The notes under the pieces: model-generated
Databases searched by the model: none
Told to the model about the DNA's origin: nothing
The model's input: only the letters and a program-made list of their open reading frames with translations
Part shown: piece by piece, positions 51,699 through 57,397 of the stretch
How the letters are laid out: the number at the start of each line of letters is the position of its first letter
Numbering within the stretch: position 1 is the stretch's first letter
From: Candidatus Nomurabacteria bacterium
GTDB taxonomy: Bacteria; Patescibacteriota; Minisyncoccia; Phycocordibacterales; UBA5272
Direction: 5' to 3'
Assembly (NCBI GenBank): GCA_003518045.1
Contig: DOZK01000020.1
Span: forward strand, 19,292-76,688
DNA: 57,397 nt
Position numbers and translations under genes: made by a program

Positions 51699-52253
51699 AT
51701 GTCTATCGAAAAATACGTAACCAAAGCCTTAGTAATAACTTCTTTTGACCAAAGCGAAAATGATCGTGTGTATAAAATGTTCACACGCGAATTTGGTTTG
51801 ATTATTGCTCACGCTAAAAGTATTCGTAAATTAGAAAGTAAATTACGCGCGCATATTCTTCCACGAACAGTTAGCTTTGTTACCTTGGTAAAAGGAAAAG
51901 AAGTTTGGCGCCTCGTTGGTGCTGAAGAACAAAAAGCATCATCTACAATTATTCATGAAGTTACAGAATTAATTTCTCGATTTATTCACGGTGAAGAACC
52001 ACATAAAGTTCTTTATGATAGAGTCGAAGAATTTCTCGAAAAGTCAGATGCTTATGACAAACAAAAAGCAAGAATTTTATTTTATTATATTTTGCTTGTT
52101 GAGCTCGGTTATGCAGATGCAAAAGTTATTGGTGCAAAAAGTATAAAAGAATATAGAGATTGGAATATAGATGATTTATACACACATTTTCTTTTATCTG
52201 AAAAACAAATTAAGGAGCATATAAGAAACGTTGTTAAGGATATACAATTATAA
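51699..52253 (+). CDS. recO: short RecO-like DNA repair protein
   Basis: 184 aa. N-terminal OB-fold pattern (ALVITSFDQSENDRVYKMFTREFGLIIAHAKSIRK..SKLR..L.P). Confidence 0.55.
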   Translation: MSIEKYVTKALVITSFDQSENDRVYKMFTREFGLIIAHAKSIRKLESKLRAHILPRTVSFVTLVKGKEVWRLVGAEEQKASSTIIHEVTELISRFIHGEEPHKVLYDRVEEFLEKSDAYDKQKARILFYYILLVELGYADAKVIGAKSIKEYRDWNIDDLYTHFLLSEKQIKEHIRNVVKDIQL

Positions 52254-52360
52254 GTAGAAGGTGGAAAGTAGATGGTGGAGGGCAGAAGTTTCTATACACA
52301 TATATTATTAACCATTTTCCACTCTCTACTTTCTACTCTCCACTTGCTATACTGTCTTAC

Positions 52361-54232
52361 ATGAACCCAGAAGAAAATGAAGATATGCATCAGATTGATG
52401 ATTTGGAGCACAAATTATATGACCCTAAACAAGTAAATGGTGAAGATAGTCTTCATCATGTCCATAATCATAAAGAGGTAGACCTTCCAACAGATTGGGG
52501 AGAAAATACTCCAATAATTACACCAGTAGAAGAAAAAGAAACGAGTTTTTCTTTTGGTACAAAAGTGCTTTTCACTGCACTTATATTTTTATTTGTCGTA
52601 CTTTCGTTTACCGCATGGAGAGTTTTATCTTCTCGTAATGTTGTCTCTTTAGATAATATTGATATTACATTAGATAGTAAACCCTATGTAGACGGAGGGG
52701 AGACTACCCCGTTTAGTGTTTCTGTTTTTAATAGAAACACTTCATCATTACAAGAGGCTGTGATTATTATTTCTTATGAAAAAGGTATTGGTGTTTTAGA
52801 CGAACAACAAAAAGTTTATGAAAAGAGAGTACTCGGTACAATTTTACCAAACTCTCTCAAGAAAGAAGATTTAAATATTACTTTATATGGTGCGGCAGAT
52901 GAGGTGAGAGTTATTTCTGTTAAGTTAGAATATAAAGTTGCTGGAGCTAATGCAGTTTTTAATAAACCTGCCACGACTCAAGTGGTTCTAAAGACTCCAC
53001 CGCTCTCTGTTCACATAGATGGACAAACTAGCTTGGTACAAGGACAGAATAGTACCTTTAATGTTTTTGTTTCTAATAACACTTCGATAGAAATTAAAGA
53101 TAGTTTAGTTGTTTTATCCATACCTACAACTTTTACTTTAAATAAAACAGAACCAAAACCAAATACAAAAGGAATGATGTGGAGTATTCCTTCTATTTTA
53201 CCTGGAGCCACATCTACCATAACAATAAGTGGGTCTTTTGCTGGAATGCCAGGCGAAGTAGATACAATTAAAGCGAGTGTTGGGGCTGCCTCAACGGCCG
53301 TTAATCAAATGGGAGTTGTTTATTCGCAAGAAGCCCACAGTATTTCTATAACCTCTCCACTTTTATCTTTAGGGTCTAGATTAGAAACAGATAGAGGAGG
53401 TGCCGAGAGTTTACGTTATGGTGATAAAGCCATTGTTACTATTTTTTATGAAAATAAAAATGACAAAGCACTACGAGATGTTTTAGTGGTTGCAAATATT
53501 GGTGGCACGGCCCCAATTATATCGGGGATTTCCTCCGACGGTGGGTATTATGATTCAATTAATAAAACTGTAACATTTAATCCTGTTACTAACCGCGAAT
53601 TAAGTTCCGTAGCCCCTGGGGCTAAAGGAGAATTTAAGATTTATATACCAGTTGTTTCAAAGGGAAATAATTCACCAAAACTTACTCTTGTCATAAATGG
53701 AACAGCAACATCAGTCTCAAAAGATGACACGGCTACACAAATTTCTAAAGTTTGGAATGTGGAGGGAAGCGCTAACCTTAATGCTTTCACTTCTTATAAA
53801 AATTCTACTTTTACAAATACTGGACCTATTCCTCCTAAAGCAAATGTTAATACAACATATGGTGCACATTTAATTGTATCTGCTCAAAATTCTTTAGTTA
53901 ATTCTCGAGTATCATTTATACTTCCAGCTTATGTAACTTTTACCGGAGTTTATGCAACTGGAACAAATGTAACTTATGATAACAGAACCAGAACAGTTGT
54001 TTGGGATATAGGAAATATTTCAGCTGGGGGTGTAGTTTCTAACGATATTCAAATCAGTGTAAAACCTTCTCAAAGTCATGTAGGGCAAACTCCACCTATA
54101 ACCTCTAGCGTAACTTTGGAAGCGGATGAAGCAGACAGCAAAGCTCGTATAAGAAATATATCTAATGCACTTACAACAGAGCTTTTAAGAGAACAGGGGT
54201 CAGTGGATATTTCTCACGTAGTTGCGAATTAG
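52361..54232 (+). CDS. large membrane-anchored extracytoplasmic protein with beta-rich (DUF11/CARDB-like) repeats
   Basis: 623 aa. One TM (VLFTALIFLFVVLSFTAW) followed by repeated Ig-like beta segments. No catalytic motif seen. Confidence 0.4.
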   Translation: MNPEENEDMHQIDDLEHKLYDPKQVNGEDSLHHVHNHKEVDLPTDWGENTPIITPVEEKETSFSFGTKVLFTALIFLFVVLSFTAWRVLSSRNVVSLDNIDITLDSKPYVDGGETTPFSVSVFNRNTSSLQEAVIIISYEKGIGVLDEQQKVYEKRVLGTILPNSLKKEDLNITLYGAADEVRVISVKLEYKVAGANAVFNKPATTQVVLKTPPLSVHIDGQTSLVQGQNSTFNVFVSNNTSIEIKDSLVVLSIPTTFTLNKTEPKPNTKGMMWSIPSILPGATSTITISGSFAGMPGEVDTIKASVGAASTAVNQMGVVYSQEAHSISITSPLLSLGSRLETDRGGAESLRYGDKAIVTIFYENKNDKALRDVLVVANIGGTAPIISGISSDGGYYDSINKTVTFNPVTNRELSSVAPGAKGEFKIYIPVVSKGNNSPKLTLVINGTATSVSKDDTATQISKVWNVEGSANLNAFTSYKNSTFTNTGPIPPKANVNTTYGAHLIVSAQNSLVNSRVSFILPAYVTFTGVYATGTNVTYDNRTRTVVWDIGNISAGGVVSNDIQISVKPSQSHVGQTPPITSSVTLEADEADSKARIRNISNALTTELLREQGSVDISHVVAN

Positions 54233-54279
54233 AAATAAGTCTGTAAAGTCCATAAAGTTGAAAGCAAAATTCGCAATTG

Positions 54280-54346
54280 TGTCATTCCCGCGAAGGCGGG
54301 AATCCAGTGTCCAGAACCTGGATTCCAAATCAAGTTTGGAATGACA
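54280..54346. repeat. TGTCA multi-hairpin repeat (copy 8)
   Basis: TGTCA-[TTCCCGC gaag GCGGGAA]-[TCCAG gtgtccagaac CTGGA]-[TTCCAAA tcaag TTTGGAA]-TGACA. Confidence 0.85.
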
Positions 54347-54435
54347 CAGGTTCCATTGGTTGGTTTAATTGAACTTTGTAAACTTTTAACTTTATGGACT
54401 TTCAACTAACCTAATTTTTATGTTAGGATAGTTGT

Positions 54436-55488
54436 ATGAAAGAAACAATCAGGGTAGTTATTCCGTCAACAACAATTATAAAAATTTTAGCCTGGATTAC
54501 TATTTTTGCAGGGTTGTTTATCGTTAGCGATTTAGTCATCGCCCTACTCGTGGCTGTGGTAATTGCTTCAGCTGCAGAAATGCCAATTAAAATGATGAAG
54601 GGTTGGGGAATACCACGAGGGCTTTCTGTTACTGTAATATTTTTAACTTTAATTGCCGTAATTACATCCATCGCTTTTATTTTTATACCACCACTAGCTG
54701 ATGACATAGCGCGCTTTGTTAAAGTTCTACCTCAGATTTTAGACTCAGTTCGTATTTTTGGAAGTGATATGGGATTTAAAGATTTGTCTTTATATATTTC
54801 TGAATTAGCAAAAGGTATTTCAAAGGGTCAAATTCTAACAATTATTAAAGATGCAATTTTTGGTTCAACTGGATTTTTTGCGACGACCTCCGTATTTCTC
54901 CGTGGAGCCGTTACCACAGTTCTTACTTTTGTTATGGCTTTTTATTTAGCTCTTGAGGAACGTGGCGTGCAGAAATTTTTACGTTTAATTAGCCCAAAAA
55001 TTTACGAATCTTATATTGAAGATTTGTGGACACGTGCGCAGAAAAAAATTGGACTTTGGATGCAAGGACAGATTTTGCTTTCCCTACTCGTCGCACTTTT
55101 GGTTTATGTTCCAAACTTAATTCTCAATATGCCATACGCCGCACTTTTATCAGTGCTTGCTTTTGCAGGTGAATTAGTTCCAATGATTGGTCTTACTTTC
55201 TCTGCAATTCCTGCGGTATTTATTGCATGGACTCACGGCGGGACATCGCTTCTAATTACAGTTTCTGTAATTTATTTAATTATTGGACAATTAGAAAGTC
55301 ATGTTCTTTATCCGAGAGTAATGAATAAATTAGTTGGCGTTCCATCTGTTGTAGTTATTATCGCACTTGTTGTTGGGGCAAAGTTGGCAGGTATTTGGGG
55401 AGTTATACTTTCAGTTCCATTGGCTTCTATTTTAATGGAATTAGCTAGCGATTTAGAAAAAAGAAAGAATCTTCCAGAAGAAAAATAA
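54436..55488 (+). CDS. AI-2E family (PerM/UPF0118) transporter
   Basis: 350 aa with about 8 TM segments. The conserved C-terminal P.....G...G..G..L..P pattern is present (VGAKLAGIWGVILSVPLAS). Confidence 0.75.
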   Translation: MKETIRVVIPSTTIIKILAWITIFAGLFIVSDLVIALLVAVVIASAAEMPIKMMKGWGIPRGLSVTVIFLTLIAVITSIAFIFIPPLADDIARFVKVLPQILDSVRIFGSDMGFKDLSLYISELAKGISKGQILTIIKDAIFGSTGFFATTSVFLRGAVTTVLTFVMAFYLALEERGVQKFLRLISPKIYESYIEDLWTRAQKKIGLWMQGQILLSLLVALLVYVPNLILNMPYAALLSVLAFAGELVPMIGLTFSAIPAVFIAWTHGGTSLLITVSVIYLIIGQLESHVLYPRVMNKLVGVPSVVVIIALVVGAKLAGIWGVILSVPLASILMELASDLEKRKNLPEEK

Positions 55489-55491
55489 ATT

Positions 55492-56958
55492 ATGAATAAA
55501 CCATTTTATATAACAACGACACTTCCATATGTAAATGCAGAGCCACATTTGGGTCATGCGATGGAATTTGTGCGGGCGGATGTCATCACAAGATATAAAA
55601 AGTTACAAGGCTATGATGTATTTTTTAATACAGGAATGGATGAACACGGCACTAAGATTTTAGAAGGGGCAATAAAAGAGGGAATAGATGTACAAGAATA
55701 TGTTGATAGAAATTCAGCACGATTTAAAGAGTTATATCCCAAGCTCGGTATTACGAACGAAATTAATTTTATTCGCACAACAGAAGAGCGCCATATAAAA
55801 GCAGCAGAAGAGATGTGGAAGAGATGTAATGACAACGGCTACATTTATAAAAAAGAATATGAAGCGAAATATTGCGTTGGTTGCGAACTTTATAAAACAG
55901 ATAGTGAATTAGTTGACGATAAATGTCCTATTCATCCGAATCGAGAAATAGAAATTATTAAAGAAGAAAATTATTTTTTTGCTTTTTCAAAAGTTGAAAG
56001 TAAATTGCGCGAACTTTATGAAAAGAATCCAACTTTAGTTATTCCAGATTTTCGTTTTAATGAAATTAAAGCTTTCTTAGATAGGGGATTGGAAGATTTT
56101 TCTATTTCACGTTTGAAAACAAAGATGCCATGGGGAGTGCCTGTACCAGGGGATGATGAGCATGTAATGTATGTTTGGTTTGATGCCTTAACAAGTTATA
56201 TTTCTACACTTGAGTGGCCTGAAGCGGGGGATTTTGAAAAATATTGGGAACAATCTGGAGCCGAGAAACGAGAGGTAATTCAATATTGTGGAAAGGATAA
56301 TCTTCGTCAGCAATCTCTAATTTGGCAGGGAATGCTTTTAGCTGCAGGACTTCCAACTACTACAAATATTATTATTGATGGATTTATAATTTCCGGCGGG
56401 CAAAAAATGAGTAAGTCCATTGGAAATGTAATTAATCCATTTGATATTCTTGAAATGTTTAAAGAGTTAACTGATTATCCGGAAGATGTTCTTCGTTTTA
56501 TTTTGCTCCATGAAGTGCCGAGTTTTGAAGATGGAGATTTAACTGTTGAATCAATTAAAATTGCTTATACAGCATATTTAGCAAATGGAATTGGGAATTT
56601 AACGAGTAGAATAATGAGAATGTTAAATACATATAATATTGATAATATAGAAATCCCAGCAAATAGTTGGACTAATGAATTTATAGCTACATTAGAATCT
56701 TATGACACGAACAAGGGGATTAAATATGTAATGCATGAAGTAAAGTCTCTTGATGAATATATTCAGTCTACAGAACCTTTTAAACTTATTAAAACAGATA
56801 AAGAAAAAGCTGAAGTTATTCTTAGGGAGTGTGCGGTTAGATTGTATGGGATAGGAAGAATGCTTAATCCTTTCATGCCGAAAACTGGAGCTATGATAAA
56901 AAGTTTAGTAAAGGAAAATAAAATGCCAGAAAAGCCACTTTTCAATAGACTTCCATAA
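55492..56958 (+). CDS. metG: methionine--tRNA ligase (short form)
   Basis: TLPYVNAEPHLGHA (HIGH), WGVPVPGD, and KMSKS (QKMSKSIGNV). Confidence 0.95.
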   Translation: MNKPFYITTTLPYVNAEPHLGHAMEFVRADVITRYKKLQGYDVFFNTGMDEHGTKILEGAIKEGIDVQEYVDRNSARFKELYPKLGITNEINFIRTTEERHIKAAEEMWKRCNDNGYIYKKEYEAKYCVGCELYKTDSELVDDKCPIHPNREIEIIKEENYFFAFSKVESKLRELYEKNPTLVIPDFRFNEIKAFLDRGLEDFSISRLKTKMPWGVPVPGDDEHVMYVWFDALTSYISTLEWPEAGDFEKYWEQSGAEKREVIQYCGKDNLRQQSLIWQGMLLAAGLPTTTNIIIDGFIISGGQKMSKSIGNVINPFDILEMFKELTDYPEDVLRFILLHEVPSFEDGDLTVESIKIAYTAYLANGIGNLTSRIMRMLNTYNIDNIEIPANSWTNEFIATLESYDTNKGIKYVMHEVKSLDEYIQSTEPFKLIKTDKEKAEVILRECAVRLYGIGRMLNPFMPKTGAMIKSLVKENKMPEKPLFNRLP

Positions 56959-57318
56959 ATGAAAAAGATTTATAATAAATTGGTTAGGGATAAGATGATT
57001 GATATTTATAAGCACGATGTAGAAAATAAAATCAGTGCCAGCGCTTATAGTGCACGCTATATGGAAAGAGAGGAAACATTGGAAAGATTGAAAGATAAAT
57101 TACTGGAAGAAGCCCAAGAAGTTTTTGACGCATATGGAGATGAAGACAAAACACATTTAAAAGAAGAAATAGCTGATGTGATAGAAGTGGTAGATGCAAT
57201 ACTTTTCCATAACAATATTTCTCTAGAAGAAGTTTTAAAAATTCGTGATGCTAAAAAAGAAAAAAGAGGAGGTTTTGAAAAAGGCTTATACTTGGAAAGC
57301 ATAGATTACTTTGATTAG
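56959..57318 (+). CDS. MazG/PRA-PH-like nucleoside triphosphate pyrophosphohydrolase
   Basis: 119 aa. YNKLVRDKMIDIY... and EEIADVIEVVDAI match the small house-cleaning NTP-PPase family. Confidence 0.6.
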   Translation: MKKIYNKLVRDKMIDIYKHDVENKISASAYSARYMEREETLERLKDKLLEEAQEVFDAYGDEDKTHLKEEIADVIEVVDAILFHNNISLEEVLKIRDAKKEKRGGFEKGLYLESIDYFD

Positions 57319-57325
57319 TGTGCTA

Positions 57326-57356
57326 CATAGGGGTACCCTATGAGGGTACCCCTATG
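57326..57356. terminator. 14-bp palindromic hairpin after the last gene
   Basis: CATAGGGGTACCCT-atg-AGGGTACCCCTATG. There is no clear T-run. Confidence 0.45.
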
Positions 57357-57397
57357 TGAATTGATTATAATTTCCGGGTTAATTAACATTTAGTGTT

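Noticed and set aside
1255-54346. Possibility that the recurring hairpin repeats are a CRISPR array
   Set aside because: The copies are dispersed singly over 53 kb, have variable internal modules and no regular repeat-spacer periodicity. No cas genes are present.
1-57397. Alternative genetic code (e.g. UGA recoding as in some candidate phyla)
   Set aside because: Conserved genes (ileS, hsdR, pyrG, argS, metG and others) are full-length and uninterrupted under the standard code and end at positions consistent with homologs.

Overview
This is a 57.4-kb, visibly AT-rich and tightly packed window. It reads like a small-genome bacterium, possibly CPR/Parcubacteria-like (inference), using the standard genetic code, since long ORFs are uninterrupted. 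Backbone genes: 4 tRNAs (Arg-TCT, Val-TAC, Leu-GAG, His-GTG), rplS, secE-nusG-rplK, pyrG, argS, a T-box-led ileS, metG, recO-like and radC. There is also a glycerate-to-pyruvate operon (glycerate kinase, eno, a minimal pyk, 2-hydroxyacid dehydrogenase) and a dTMP/folate supercluster (dcd-like, folA, thyA, glyA, tmk, dut, folD, with folB at the left edge). Accessory content: (i) a Type I R-M operon (6.1-15.9 kb) with passenger genes packed between hsdM, hsdS and hsdR, including a Shedu/DUF4263-like PD-(D/E)xK candidate; (ii) an AAA_21-type ATPase plus RloB/TOPRIM-like pair wedged between dut and folD; (iii) hicBA. (iv) The main find is a diversity-generating retroelement (DGR) system with two different template/variable repeat pairs. 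One is a complete cassette at 48.0-51.6 kb (target, VR2, TR2, avd, RT). The other is an RT-less satellite cassette at 30.4-31.8 kb (GC-rich target, VR1, its own TR1, truncated avd). Both show adenine-specific TR-to-VR mismatches and share homologous TR-flanking noncoding sequence, suggesting one RT serving two stand-alone template RNAs. Other structure not explained by genes: a dispersed family of TGTCA...TGACA multi-hairpin repeats (8 copies, all intergenic); long palindromes that fold tRNA 3' ends back onto their trailers; a histidine-phosphatase domain inserted inside IleRS; a G11 tract at the avd 5' end; and stop-codon-rich low-complexity spacers. All functional calls come from motif recognition by eye. 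No searches were run.
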